Part shown: positions 1 to 9,685 of the stretch, one piece after another
Numbering within the stretch: position 1 is the stretch's first letter
Layout: each line of letters starts with the position of its first letter
Assembly: GCA_963708025.1 (NCBI GenBank)
Contig: CAVPSB010000028.1
Coordinates: 40,331-104,330, forward strand
Direction: 5' to 3'
Length of the DNA: 64,000 bases
Source of the DNA: an uncultured Candidatus Rokubacteria bacterium
GTDB lineage: Bacteria > Methylomirabilota > Methylomirabilia > Rokubacteriales > DASRDR01
Made by a program: the position numbers and the translations under genes
Notes under the pieces: generated by a model
Seen by the model: only the letters and a program-made list of their open reading frames with translations
What the model was told of the DNA's origin: nothing
Databases searched by the model: none

Positions 1-458
1 CGGTCGAGGAAGGGCGCCAGCCGCGTCATGCGCAGCAAGCGCTCGCGGTTCGCCCGGTACGGCTCCCGCGGCACTCGGCGCAGATCGCGGAAGAACTCGA
101 TGTTCTCCGCGACGGTGAGCGAATCGTAGAGGTTGAGGCCGAGGCCCTGGGGCATGTAGCCGATGGCGGCCTTCACGGCCTCGGGATCCCGGATCACGTC
201 CACCCCGGCGACGTGGGCCGCGCCGGTATCGGCCCGGAGCACACCGGCCAGCACCTGGAGCACGCTCGTCTTGCCGGCCCCGTCGGGCCCGATCAGGCCG
301 AAGACCTCGCCCCGGGCCACGCGCAGGGAGACGTCCCGGACCGCCCGGATCCGCCCGCGGGCGTAGGCCTTGCCGAGCGCACGGACCTCGATCACCGCGG
401 GGGCGCCGGGCCCGGGCCCGTCGAGGATCGAGTGGAGCGGACCCGCGGGAGCGGTCAC
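1..458 (-). CDS. ABC transporter ATP-binding protein (ABC-2/YbhF-RbbA-like), runs off the window edge
   Basis: Manual translation from GTG at 458, which overlaps the upstream stop, gives VIEVRALGKAY...GEVFGLIGPDGAGKTS (Walker A) and the YMPQ Q-loop. Confidence 0.9.
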   Translation of the reverse strand, partial: MTAPAGPLHSILDGPGPGAPAVIEVRALGKAYARGRIRAVRDVSLRVARGEVFGLIGPDGAGKTSVLQVLAGVLRADTGAAHVAGVDVIRDPEAVKAAIGYMPQGLGLNLYDSLTVAENIEFFRDLRRVPREPYRANRERLLRMTRLAPFLD

Positions 459-1786
459 CTCCCGGTCGAGTCCCGGTCGCGTGGCCAGAGGCCGGGGCGC
501 GACGCGGCGTCGGGGTTCACCCACGGGGCCGCGGGTTGCCAGCGGATCACGGCGTCGGCCGGCATCCCGGGCTTGAGGATCCCCCCCGGGTTCTCGGCGA
601 GGGCGACCTCGACGGCGAAGACGAGCTCCACCCGCTCCTCGCGCGTCTCCACGTTCTTGGGGGTGAACTCCGCCTCCTGGGAGATCCGGCTCACGCGGGC
701 CGGGAACGCCCGGCCCGGATAGGCGTCCACCGACACGCGTGCCTCCTGGCCCAGGGCCACCTTCCCGATGCTCGGCTCCGGCACGTAGATCTTGACGTAG
801 AGGCGATCGAGATCCACCAGCGTGAACAGCGTCGTCCCGGCCTCGACGCGCTCGCCCCGCTCCACCGTGCGCGTCAAGACCCGCCCGGCGATGGGGCTCC
901 TGATCGAGAAGTCCGCGACGTGGCTCTGCTGCTCGGCGAGCTGCGCCTGGGCCTGCCGCCGCTGTCGATCGAGCGCCTCGCGCTCGGCGCGCATGGTCTC
1001 GAGCTGCTCGCGCCCGAGGCCCGCCAGCTCGACCTGCTTCTCGCTGGTCGCCAGCGCCGCCTCCGCCTCGCGCACCGTGTGCTCCGCCACCTCGGCGGCA
1101 AGACGAGCGTGCTCGCTTTCCTGCGGAGCGACGAGATCCTTCGCCACCAGCATCGCGGCGCGCTGGGCGTCCCGCGTGGCTTGGGCGGCGCTGGCGCGCG
1201 CCCGGCGCAGGCGGGCCTCGGCCTCCCGGAGCGCCGCGCTCGCCTGCTCGATCTGCAACTTGACTTGCCGGTCGGTCATGGCGAGCTGGGAGTTCGCGGC
1301 GCGCAGCTTCTCGGCCAGCACGTTCAGCTGCTCCTGGGCCGAGCGCACCCGCTCCTGCTGAGCCCGGTCGTCCAGGGTGGCGAGCAGCTGGCCGGGCTCG
1401 ACCGCTTGCCCCTCGTCCACGTGCAGCGCCGCGACCCACGCGGAGGACTTGGGGGTGAGCGTGGTGATCCGGCCTTCGATCCGCCCGCTCGCGAAGAGAA
1501 GGCCCGCGGGCGCTTGCGGAGCGAGCCAGGAAAGCATCCTCGGGCCGACCAGCACCGCGCCGCCCGCCCCTGCGAGCAGGACGACCGTCCACGGAAGCCA
1601 ACGGAGGCGCCGCCGCCTGGTGGCAGCGGGCGACACGGGTGCCCGGTCGGCCACGGGTAGGGTCTCGGTCAGGGGTCGGGGGGGATCCGACCTGACCGCA
1701 GGCCGACCGTCGATCGGCCGGGCGGGGCCCGACACGCTGGCCGTCCCGTTCTTGGGCGGCGCCGATCCCTCCCGCTCGGTAGGCAT
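455..1786 (-). CDS. HlyD-family periplasmic adaptor (YbhG/YhiI-like)
   Basis: N-terminal TM segment, lipoyl half-motifs (VDEGQAV; IRSPIAG), coiled coil, AEFTPKNVET and LKPGMPAD. Start codon uncertain. Confidence 0.9.
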   Translation of the reverse strand: MPTEREGSAPPKNGTASVSGPARPIDGRPAVRSDPPRPLTETLPVADRAPVSPAATRRRRLRWLPWTVVLLAGAGGAVLVGPRMLSWLAPQAPAGLLFASGRIEGRITTLTPKSSAWVAALHVDEGQAVEPGQLLATLDDRAQQERVRSAQEQLNVLAEKLRAANSQLAMTDRQVKLQIEQASAALREAEARLRRARASAAQATRDAQRAAMLVAKDLVAPQESEHARLAAEVAEHTVREAEAALATSEKQVELAGLGREQLETMRAEREALDRQRRQAQAQLAEQQSHVADFSIRSPIAGRVLTRTVERGERVEAGTTLFTLVDLDRLYVKIYVPEPSIGKVALGQEARVSVDAYPGRAFPARVSRISQEAEFTPKNVETREERVELVFAVEVALAENPGGILKPGMPADAVIRWQPAAPWVNPDAASRPGLWPRDRDSTGR

Positions 1787-1802
1787 CACCCCCTGATCCT
1801 TG

Positions 1803-1817
1803 GCAACCGATGTGCCA
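1803..1817 (-). promoter_or_regulatory. Sigma-54 (-24/-12) promoter candidate upstream of the HlyD-ABC operon
   Basis: The minus strand reads TGGCAC-ATCGG-TTGC, matching TGGCAC-N5-TTGC. An IHF-like AATCAG-N4-TTC lies at 1834-1846. Confidence 0.6.
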
Positions 1818-2008
1818 CGCGAGAAGGCCGTAGAATCAGGGGTTTCGCCGTCCTCGCCGAGCGTGTGGTGGGGCACGAGCGCCCCACCCCGCACCCCGTT
1901 GGGGCGCGCCCTCCACACTCGCGGGCAGACCGGGCCCGCTCTCGCCACTTGGGCCGCCTCCGGGTGACTCGGAGGTATCCTCGCCAGGCTTCGCGTGGTG
2001 ACGGCCGG

Positions 2009-2524
2009 TCAGCGCCCTTCCAGCTCCGACGCCAGGGCGGCCGTGATGGACGCCAGCTCCACGATGCGGGCGGCGTCGTGGAGGACGCCCGCCGTTCGGA
2101 CGGAGAGCATGTTCGACCACGCCTCCACCTGGGCGCGCCGGAACGACTCCAGCCGCTTCAAGAGCTCCGCGGCCGCCGGGGGGAGCGCTTCGACCCCGTC
2201 CCATCCGCCCAGAAGCTTGCGGCGCACCAGGAGCCGGCCGCGCCTCGGTTTCTTCAGGGTCGTCATGGCCGTCGTCAGCGGGCTCTTCCGGGAGCTGCCG
2301 GTGAAGAAGTCCACGACCACGTCGCGCCCGTCCTGGCGCCCGTACATCAGCCCGCCCGAGAGGTACCCGCCCCTCTCGTACCGCCCGTCCATCTCGGCCG
2401 CGGCACGCATCGCCGCCGCCACGCACCGTCGGCGCCAGAGCGCATGGATTCCCCAGAAGGGGGCGGCGACGAGTCCCATGGCGACCACGTCCGCCAGGGC
2501 GGTCCCGAGGCTTTCCAGCATCAC
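2009..2524 (-). CDS. Hypothetical membrane-anchored protein
   Basis: 171-aa ORF with an N-terminal hydrophobic helix and coding-like codon use; no motif recognised. Confidence 0.55.
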   Translation of the reverse strand: MMLESLGTALADVVAMGLVAAPFWGIHALWRRRCVAAAMRAAAEMDGRYERGGYLSGGLMYGRQDGRDVVVDFFTGSSRKSPLTTAMTTLKKPRRGRLLVRRKLLGGWDGVEALPPAAAELLKRLESFRRAQVEAWSNMLSVRTAGVLHDAARIVELASITAALASELEGR

Positions 2525-2639
2525 CCGGCCTCCCGGCCCGGGCCGAAGCCCGGAAGGCTGCCGGCGACGGTCGCGGCGCGCCGAACGGCCCGGAGGGCAG
2601 CGACGGATCGAAGGAGGGACGGAAGAGGGGCGCAGACGG

Positions 2640-3888
2640 TCACCCCACGAAGCGCCAGTCGTGGGGGGCGAGGGAGATCACCTCCGGCCCCCGCTCGGTG
2701 ACGATCAGCTGCTCCTCGAGCTTGACGCTCTGCCGCCCGCCGGCCTCGCCGACCAGGGCCTCGACGCAGATCACCATGTGCTCCTGGAGCACGTCGGGGT
2801 CGTTGCCGAAACCGCTCCAGCTCACGTCCGGGAAGTAGATGGCCGGCCACTCGTCCGACATGCCGGCGCCGTGCGCGAGCACCACGTAGCGATTCGCTCG
2901 GTACTTCTCGGGATAGGCCGGGGCCTTCTCGCCGATCTCCCGGAAGCTCGCCCCGGGGCGGAAGAGCGGGATCGACTCCTGGATGAAGCGGTACCCGACC
3001 TCGTAGAGCTCCCGCTGCTCGGCCGTCGGCTTCCGGTCGCCGCAGAGGAAGGTACGGGAGACGTCGGCGAAGTAGCCGAAGGGACCCGCCATGTCGGTGT
3101 CGAACGCCACCAGCTCCCCGTCGCGGACCAGCCGGTCCGACGCGGCCTGGTACCAGGGATTGGTGCGATCACCAGCGGCCAGCAGCCGGCCGTCGGTGTG
3201 CTCCCCGCCCAGCCGGATGTTGGTCGCGGTGAAGACGGCCCACAGCTCGTTCTCGGTCACGCCCGGACGGATCGCGTCCCGGACCGCGCAGATGCCGATG
3301 TCGGCCACGGCGCAGGCCTGGCGGACCAGGGTCAGCTCGTCCGGCGTCTTGATCGCCCGCGCCCGCTCGACCGGCACCCGGGCGTCGGCCAGCCGGAGCT
3401 GCTGCGTCCGGAGCGCCTCGAAGCCGACGAAGTCCAGGCGATCGATCCCCAGGGGCTCGCGGGCCAGCCCGAGCTCACCCAGCGTCGCTCCGAGCTCGGC
3501 CGCCCAGCGCCGGGCAGCCTCGCCCACGTTCCGGCCACAGGGAAAGAAATCCCAGGTGCGACCCTCCCGGACGTCGATGGCGGCCTCCCCCGCCAGGGTG
3601 TCGTCGAGGCCGCCGAAGACGATCGGGCGGCCCTCGCGCGGGACGACGGCATACCGGTAGTAGGACCGGAGGGCGAAGCCGGTGGACGAGTCCCGCATCC
3701 CCGTCGCGTAGCGGATGTTGATCGGGTCGTAGAGGAGGACCGCCCCCAGCCCCGCCTTCCCGATCTCCGCCTGGAGCCGGGCCAGGCGCTCGCGCTTCAG
3801 GCGCGCGACGTTGAACGCGCGTCTCGTAGTCGACGATCTGCTGGCCGACGAGCTCCCGCTGGTGGACGTGCTTGCCCTTGGTCGCCAC
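2640..3888 (-). CDS. M24 peptidase-fold protein, DddP (DMSP lyase)-like; +1 frameshift near 3815
   Basis: Motifs RLLAAGDRTNPWYQ, AFDTDMAG...ADVSRT, HGAGMSDEWP, CVEALVGE and KLEEQ. The N-terminus MATKGKH (GTG at 3888, with SD) is in the adjacent frame. Confidence 0.8.
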
Positions 3889-3906
3889 GGTTCTCCTCTC
3901 CCTTCG

Positions 3907-4027
3907 TTCGAGACCTCCCGCCCACCCCCCAACCCCCCTCGTTTGATCGGATCGCCGCGACGGCTCGGGCCTGCGGCCCTCGCGGCGTCCCGCCCTCCGG
4001 CGGCCACCGGGGGGAGGGGGGCCGGAA
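3907..4027 (-). repeat. REP-like intergenic element, family B copy 1
   Basis: CCCCTCCCC run, GGCC-GCA-GGCC mini-hairpin and GGGTGGGCGGGAGGTCTCGA end shared with the copy at 29527-29608. Confidence 0.6.
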
Positions 4028-4050
4028 GAATCGATCGCTTCCAGGCACTC

Positions 4051-6141
4051 TCAGACCAGACGGCCGACGCGGGTTCCCTCGAGGAGGGCGTCGTACAGGC
4101 GACGCGGCGCCACCGCGTCGCCCACCCGGTGGACCTCGAGCCGGGGCGCCGCCGCCCGCAGCCGGTCGTACAGCCCAGCGCGCGCCTCGCCGCCCAGGGC
4201 GAGCACGACGAGGTCGGCCTCGATCTCCCGCGTCTGGCCGGAATACACGTGCTCGACCCGGATCGTGCGATCCGCGACCTCCAGCACGGCGGTGAGCGGG
4301 GTCATGACCACCCCCTTGGTGAAGAGCCGCCGGTACAGGGCCGGCCGGAGCGTCGGGTCGATGTCGAGCCCCACCATCGTCTCGCGCGTGACGATCTCGA
4401 CCCGAGCGCCCGCGTCGAGGAGCGCCTCGGCGGCCCCGGGCCCGCGCATGTGGGCGTCGTCGTCGATCACGACGCACCGCTGACCCGGCCGCGCCGCGAC
4501 CCGGCCCAGCAGCACCGCCTCCGCCGTCACCACGTGGGGGCGATCGGCGCCGGGCCACGCCGCCGCCCGCGGGGTGGCCCCGGTGGCGACGACGACGGCG
4601 TCCGGGCGGGCCGCAAGGAGCGCATCCACCGTGGCCTCCGTCCCGAGGCGCACCTCGAGCGCGAGCCGGCCGAGCTGGCGCGCCAGCCAGGCGATCGACC
4701 GGCCGTACTCCGCGCGGTGCGGCGCCAGGGCGGCGACGCGCACCTGGCCGCCGAGCGCGTCGCCCTGCTCGAGGAGGGTGACCCGGTGGCCCCGCTCGGC
4801 GGCGAGCCGGGCCGCCTCCATCCCGGCCGGACCGCCGCCGACGACCACGATCCGCCGGCTAACCCGCGCCGGCTCGACGGCGGTCAGCTCGGCCTCGTGG
4901 CCGATGAGCGGGTTCTGGACGCAGCGGATCGCGAGCCCCTGGTAGAGGCGCCCGATGCAGCCCTCGTTGGCCCCCGTGCAGAGCCGCACGTCCTCACGCT
5001 GGCCGGCGGCGGCCTTCGCCGGCAGGTCGGGGTCGGCGATCAGGGCCCGGGTCATGCCGACGAGGTCGGCCGCTCCCCGGCGGAGCACCTCCTCCGCCAT
5101 GGCGGGGTCGATCACGCGCGCCGCCACCAGCACGGGGACGTCGACGACCTCCTTGATCGACGCCGCGTACTCGTTGAACAGGCCGAGGGGATGGTCCATC
5201 GACGGCACCGTCTTGGCCTGGAGCTCGGGCGTCTCGCCGGTGGAGCCCGAGATGCTGAGATAGTCCAGCTGGCGGAGCGCCGCCAGCCGCCCCGCGATCT
5301 CCTTCATGGCCCGGTGGTCGAGGCCGTCCTTCAGGAGCTGATCCGCGGTCATGCGGAAGCCCACGCAGAAGTCCGGCCCCACGCGGTCCCGGACGGCCTC
5401 GATCACCTCCCGCCCGAAGCGCAGCCGGTTCTCGAGCGAGCCGCCGTAGTCGTCGGTCCGGCGGTTGACGTGCGGCGACCAGAACTGCTCGATCAGGTGC
5501 CCGCCGTAGGAGGTGATCTCCACCCCGTCGTAGCCGGACCGCTTCACCCGCAGGGCGGCGGCGGCGAACGCCTCGACGAGCTCGCGGATCTCGTGGGCCT
5601 CCAGGACCTTGGGGCGCTCGCGGTGGACCGGCTCCGCCACCGCCGACGGCGCCAGCAGCGGCCGGGCGGAGGTGGCGGAGACCCCTCGCCGGCCCATGTG
5701 CGTGAGCTGGCAGAAGATCTTCGCCCCGTGGCGATGCACCGCCTCGGCCATCGCGGCCAGGTCGGGGATGATCGAGTCGTCCCAGTTCGCGACGCCGCTC
5801 CACTCCGCCACCGACGACGACGGGTGCACCGAGCACGAGCCGAAGGTGACGATGAGCCCGACACCGCCCCGCGCCTTGCGCTCGTAGTAGTCGCGATACC
5901 GCTCCTTCGGGTAGCCGCCGACCGCGTAGCCGGTCGCGTGCGCGGTGCTGACGATCCGGTTCCGCACGATCACCCGGTTGAGGGTGATCGGGCTGAACAG
6001 TAGGGGAAACGGCGTAGCGCTCGGACTCAGAGCGTGTGAGGGAGTCGGGGACTCCGGCTCCCCCCTCCCCCCCGCCAAAGGCCGAAGGCCGTCCATCGGT
6101 GGGGGAGGGGGGCTCGGGGGGTAGGAGGGAGGTCCCGACAA
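4051..6141 (-). CDS. NADH:flavin oxidoreductase (OYE-like TIM barrel plus FAD domain), DgcA/HpbA-like N-demethylase subfamily
   Basis: RNRIVSTAH, YGGHLIEQFWSP, N.RTDDYGGSLENRLRF, CTGANEGC...C Fe-S motif and GGGPAGMEAA. Start uncertain: the TTG at 6141 reads through a repeat. Confidence 0.85.
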   Translation of the reverse strand: MSGPPSYPPSPPPPPMDGLRPLAGGRGEPESPTPSHALSPSATPFPLLFSPITLNRVIVRNRIVSTAHATGYAVGGYPKERYRDYYERKARGGVGLIVTFGSCSVHPSSSVAEWSGVANWDDSIIPDLAAMAEAVHRHGAKIFCQLTHMGRRGVSATSARPLLAPSAVAEPVHRERPKVLEAHEIRELVEAFAAAALRVKRSGYDGVEITSYGGHLIEQFWSPHVNRRTDDYGGSLENRLRFGREVIEAVRDRVGPDFCVGFRMTADQLLKDGLDHRAMKEIAGRLAALRQLDYLSISGSTGETPELQAKTVPSMDHPLGLFNEYAASIKEVVDVPVLVAARVIDPAMAEEVLRRGAADLVGMTRALIADPDLPAKAAAGQREDVRLCTGANEGCIGRLYQGLAIRCVQNPLIGHEAELTAVEPARVSRRIVVVGGGPAGMEAARLAAERGHRVTLLEQGDALGGQVRVAALAPHRAEYGRSIAWLARQLGRLALEVRLGTEATVDALLAARPDAVVVATGATPRAAAWPGADRPHVVTAEAVLLGRVAARPGQRCVVIDDDAHMRGPGAAEALLDAGARVEIVTRETMVGLDIDPTLRPALYRRLFTKGVVMTPLTAVLEVADRTIRVEHVYSGQTREIEADLVVLALGGEARAGLYDRLRAAAPRLEVHRVGDAVAPRRLYDALLEGTRVGRLV
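6053..6138 (+). repeat. REP-like intergenic element, family B copy 2
   Basis: CCCCCCTCCCC...GGGGAGGGGGG stem with an internal GGCC-GAA-GGCC hairpin and a GGGAGGTCCCGA end. Confidence 0.6.
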
Positions 6142-6143
6142 TC

Positions 6144-7019
6144 TCAGATCGAGATCCGGAAGCCGGGGTCCGTGAACCGGGCCGAGCCGGACGCGTGCGG
6201 CCCGCCGCTCCGGGGCCAGACCCGGGGGAAGTAGTCGGAGTCCAGCCGATCGCCGGGATTCAGATCGTGGCCCTCGAAGAGCGGTCGCACCGGTCCCGGG
6301 CGCGCGGCGAACACGGTGTCGTCGCCGAGCCAGATGACCGAGAGCGCGCGCCGGCGGCGCTCGCGCGACAGGTTACCCGGGGCCCCGTGGACCGTGAGGC
6401 CGTGGAACACGATGCAGTCGCCCGGCTCCATGTCGAAGGTGACGATGTCGTACGCTCCCCGGTCGGCCTCGATGTCCGGCATCCGCTCGTACGGGCTGTC
6501 TGGCGGATAGAGGTCCCGGCCGGTTCGCGTCAGCTCCGGCTGGAACCAGCGCCCCCAGCGGTGCGATCCCCGGACGAGCTCGAGGCAGGCGTCCTTCGCG
6601 ACCCGATCGAGGGGCGTCCAGCACACGCTCATCTGACTGCCGTCGATCGGATAGTAGGGCTGGTCCTGGTGCCAGCGGGTCCGCTTGGGGGTTCCCTGCT
6701 CCTTCACCCAGATCGCGTCGTAGAAGAAGTTGGCCCGCCGGGAGCGCATGACGCGCGCCACGAGCTCGGCGGCGGGAGAGTCGAAGAGAAACTCCCGGAA
6801 CTCGGGAATCCGCTGGGCCATGCAGAAGTCGGTGAGGAAGAAGCCCGGCTCGGCGGCGGTCTGCTGCAGCGTGTGGAAGGGGCCGGGCGTCCGGATGTCC
6901 TGCTCGACCCCTTCGGCCAGGAGCTCGATCCAGCGCGGGGCGAAGACCCGGCGCAGGCAGACCACGCCGTCCCGCTCGTAGGTCTCGACGTCGCGCTCGG
7001 TCACGTCGATCGCGGACAC
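6144..7019 (-). CDS. Phytanoyl-CoA dioxygenase family Fe(II)/2OG dioxygenase
   Basis: WHQD (HxD) motif, GSHRW, PGDCIVFH, distal H in VHGA, and RRA. Confidence 0.9.
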   Translation of the reverse strand: MSAIDVTERDVETYERDGVVCLRRVFAPRWIELLAEGVEQDIRTPGPFHTLQQTAAEPGFFLTDFCMAQRIPEFREFLFDSPAAELVARVMRSRRANFFYDAIWVKEQGTPKRTRWHQDQPYYPIDGSQMSVCWTPLDRVAKDACLELVRGSHRWGRWFQPELTRTGRDLYPPDSPYERMPDIEADRGAYDIVTFDMEPGDCIVFHGLTVHGAPGNLSRERRRRALSVIWLGDDTVFAARPGPVRPLFEGHDLNPGDRLDSDYFPRVWPRSGGPHASGSARFTDPGFRISI

Positions 7020-7028
7020 CTCCGCCTC

Positions 7029-7646
7029 CTACCCCGGATCGGGCGACGCGCCGACGACCAGCTTGAGCGGCGTGATCCGACCCGCGTTGATCGGGCTCAA
7101 GTCCATCGGACAGGACGACACGGCGGCGACCACGTCCGTGAAGGCCCGCAGCACGATCCGGTCCCCGGCCTTCGAGGGCGCCGGGTGGAACTCGAACTCC
7201 CCGTCGGGACGCGGCGGGGTGCGCATGAAGACGTTGATGGGATCGGGAATCTGCCACTCCTCGATCCCGTACGGGGCGAGCGCCTCCAGCAGGTTCATCC
7301 GGCAGCTCCGATGGTCCGCCAGCCCGAAGCGCTGCCGGTAGAGGGCCGGGCTGCAGGCGCAGAAGAAGAGGTCGTGGACGCCGACGTCGTCCCGCGTGAT
7401 CTCGAAGACGGGCTCCCGGTTGTTGTCCACCAGCCGGTCCCCCACCCTCAGGGTCCAGCGGCGGAGCGTCGAGCGCGTCTGGTGGGGCGAGAGGAACCTC
7501 CGGGGATCGTCCCGCTGGATGGCCACGAAGTCGGCGACCTGGGCGCCCTCCAGGTCGATGATCGACAGGTACTCGCCGGCGCGGACCTCGATCGCCCCGC
7601 CGCGGGCGGCCGGCACGACGACCTCCCGGGGCGCCCGTTCAACCAC
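7029..7646 (-). CDS. DUF1989 (urea carboxylase-associated / Tdm N-terminal-like) protein
   Basis: DLEGAQVADF, GVHD...ACS, HRSC..NL, PDPINVF and SSCPMD. Confidence 0.85.
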   Translation of the reverse strand: MVERAPREVVVPAARGGAIEVRAGEYLSIIDLEGAQVADFVAIQRDDPRRFLSPHQTRSTLRRWTLRVGDRLVDNNREPVFEITRDDVGVHDLFFCACSPALYRQRFGLADHRSCRMNLLEALAPYGIEEWQIPDPINVFMRTPPRPDGEFEFHPAPSKAGDRIVLRAFTDVVAAVSSCPMDLSPINAGRITPLKLVVGASPDPG

Positions 7647-7722
7647 GGGGGTGACCTCCCATTCCGGAAACGACTCTAGCGCGCCGCCCCCGGAGACTTC
7701 AACCCTCCCGCGGGGCCGCTCC

Positions 7723-9543
7723 TCACTCGACCGGCAGCAGGTCCGCCCCGGCCCACTCCGAGTAGATGATGAACTTGAACGGGTTGAGCTGCTGGTGCCG
7801 GGCCCGGAGGCCGTCCAGGGCCCTGGTCCGGAGCTCGCTCAGGGCCGGGCTCGACGGGTACGTCAGTCGGCCGAGCTCGGCGAGCCTGAGGGCGAGCGCG
7901 TGGTCACCCTGCGCAAGGAGAGCCCGAGCGCTCCGGACGAAGGCCTCTTCTCGGTGCCCGGCCAGGAGGTCGAGTGCCCCCGCCCACTCGGCCGGGGCCA
8001 CCGTCTCGATCCCCTCCCCGTCCGGCTTCCAGTAGCCGGTCCGCTGGTGGTACAGGCGCTTGACGAAGTTGTCCCGCACGACGAGGTACGGGAACACCGC
8101 CTCCGGATGCTCGCGCAGCGTCGCCGGCAGGACGTTCTGGTGGAGAAGCTCGACGAGCGTGCGACTCCGCCCGATACCCTCGAGCGTGCGCGCGTAGAGC
8201 TCACGCAGGGCTGCCTCGAAGCCAGGGAGGGCTTCGATGGTAAAGAGCTCGGTGAGCGGCGGGTGGCCGTGGAGGAGCACGCGCGGGCGGAGCGAGCGGA
8301 TGAGGGCGATGGTCTCGAACAGCCCCTCGGGCGACCCCTCCGGCAGAAACGGTGCGCCGGTGTACGGCATGAACGCATCGCCCACGAATAGCACCCCTCG
8401 CTCCGGCAGGTGGATCAGCAATGCATCGTCGGTCTCACCGCCGCGAGCCGGGTAGAGCACCAGCTCGGTCCCGCTCACGGTCAGCGTCTCGCGGCTCGCC
8501 ACCAGTCGGTCGGGGACCACGTGGTACTGGCGGGGGCCGTCGCCGCCGAAGAAGTAGCGAAACGGGACGCCGGTCGCGTTCACGATCCGCAGCTCGTCGG
8601 CGAACCGCGCCTGGGCGATGACCTGGGTGCCCGGCGCCCGGAGCGCCTCCAGGCCGCCGATGTGATCCCAGTGGGCGTGGGTGAGGATGGCGTGGCTGAT
8701 GGGCAGCGCGGTGACCCCGCGGAGCGCCGCCAGCGCGGCCCGGGCGTTGGCCTCGGTCGTGCCGGCGTCGATGGCGACCACGCTCTCCCGCGTCACGATG
8801 AACCCGATGTCGGCGAAGTCGTAGCCCTGGGCGACGTGGACGCCCGGCGCCGGCTCCACGAGCCGTGGCGGGCGGAAGCGGAAGCCCTCCTTCGCGGTCA
8901 CCCAGTAGTCGGTGACGAACACCGGCAGGCCCGGGTCCAGCGACGGGTACCCGGAGCGCTCGAGGGCTGACCGCGCCTCGGCCTCGCGGCCGAGCGTCGT
9001 GTAGATGCGGGCCAGGCCGCGGTAGACGGGGCGGCGCAGGCCCACCGGGAACCGCTCCCTGTTCTGGAGAACCCAGTCGAGGTCGGCCAGGGCCGCCTCC
9101 GCCTTTCCAAACCGCGCGGGCAGCTCGGCCAGGACGAGGCCCCGGAAGTACCGCGGCAGGCCCGGCTCCCGCGCGACGGCGCGATCCAGCTTGGCGACCG
9201 CATCGTTGACCCACGCCACGCGCCGGAAGAGCGAGACGTCGCCGGCCTGCCGGGCCTGGAAGAACCCCTCGAGGGCGAGGAAGAGCGACCGGTCCGGCTG
9301 ACTCCGCGCCTGCTCCTGGAAGTACTCGTACCCTTCGTGGTCGCGCCGACTCGCGAGGAACCGGCCGGCGAGCCCGAGGATCGTCGGCACCGTCGCGTTC
9401 GGCCAGCGGACCGCCTCCTCGAGCGCTTCGAGCTCCAGATCACGCATGAGAGGTGCTCCGGCCAGGCCGGGGTCAACCGGTCCGAGGAAAAGCACGGGCG
9501 CCAGCGCGAGCCCGAGCGTCCATCGTCGTCGTGCGGTGGTCAT
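7723..9543 (-). CDS. Secreted TPR-like plus metallo-beta-lactamase-fold hydrolase (alkyl sulfatase-like)
   Basis: Signal-like N-terminus from ATG 9543, helical TPR-like region, THAHWDH (HxHxDH), GGET.D, FVGD and HGH. Confidence 0.75.
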   Translation of the reverse strand: MTTARRRWTLGLALAPVLFLGPVDPGLAGAPLMRDLELEALEEAVRWPNATVPTILGLAGRFLASRRDHEGYEYFQEQARSQPDRSLFLALEGFFQARQAGDVSLFRRVAWVNDAVAKLDRAVAREPGLPRYFRGLVLAELPARFGKAEAALADLDWVLQNRERFPVGLRRPVYRGLARIYTTLGREAEARSALERSGYPSLDPGLPVFVTDYWVTAKEGFRFRPPRLVEPAPGVHVAQGYDFADIGFIVTRESVVAIDAGTTEANARAALAALRGVTALPISHAILTHAHWDHIGGLEALRAPGTQVIAQARFADELRIVNATGVPFRYFFGGDGPRQYHVVPDRLVASRETLTVSGTELVLYPARGGETDDALLIHLPERGVLFVGDAFMPYTGAPFLPEGSPEGLFETIALIRSLRPRVLLHGHPPLTELFTIEALPGFEAALRELYARTLEGIGRSRTLVELLHQNVLPATLREHPEAVFPYLVVRDNFVKRLYHQRTGYWKPDGEGIETVAPAEWAGALDLLAGHREEAFVRSARALLAQGDHALALRLAELGRLTYPSSPALSELRTRALDGLRARHQQLNPFKFIIYSEWAGADLLPVE

Positions 9544-9629
9544 CGTCGCCTCCTGCTCGTCGGCCGATCCCGAGCCTGGACATACGGTCGCCAGGCTCGG
9601 TCGCTTTCTTCTCCGATCGGCCTTCTCTT

Positions 9630-9643
9630 GATGTGTACGCATC
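9630..9643. promoter_or_regulatory. Putative MarR operator upstream of the MBL hydrolase
   Basis: Quasi-palindrome GATGTGTACGCATC; 13/14 identical to the site at 10199-10212. Confidence 0.65.
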
Positions 9644-9685
9644 ATCATCGACGCACGTGGCGGCCGAGGGATTCCGTCACGGGCT

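Noticed and set aside
2521-2643. 40-aa ORF linking the M24 gene and the hypothetical gene through overlaps
   Set aside because: Too short, with no motif and weak codon bias; it cannot be supported.
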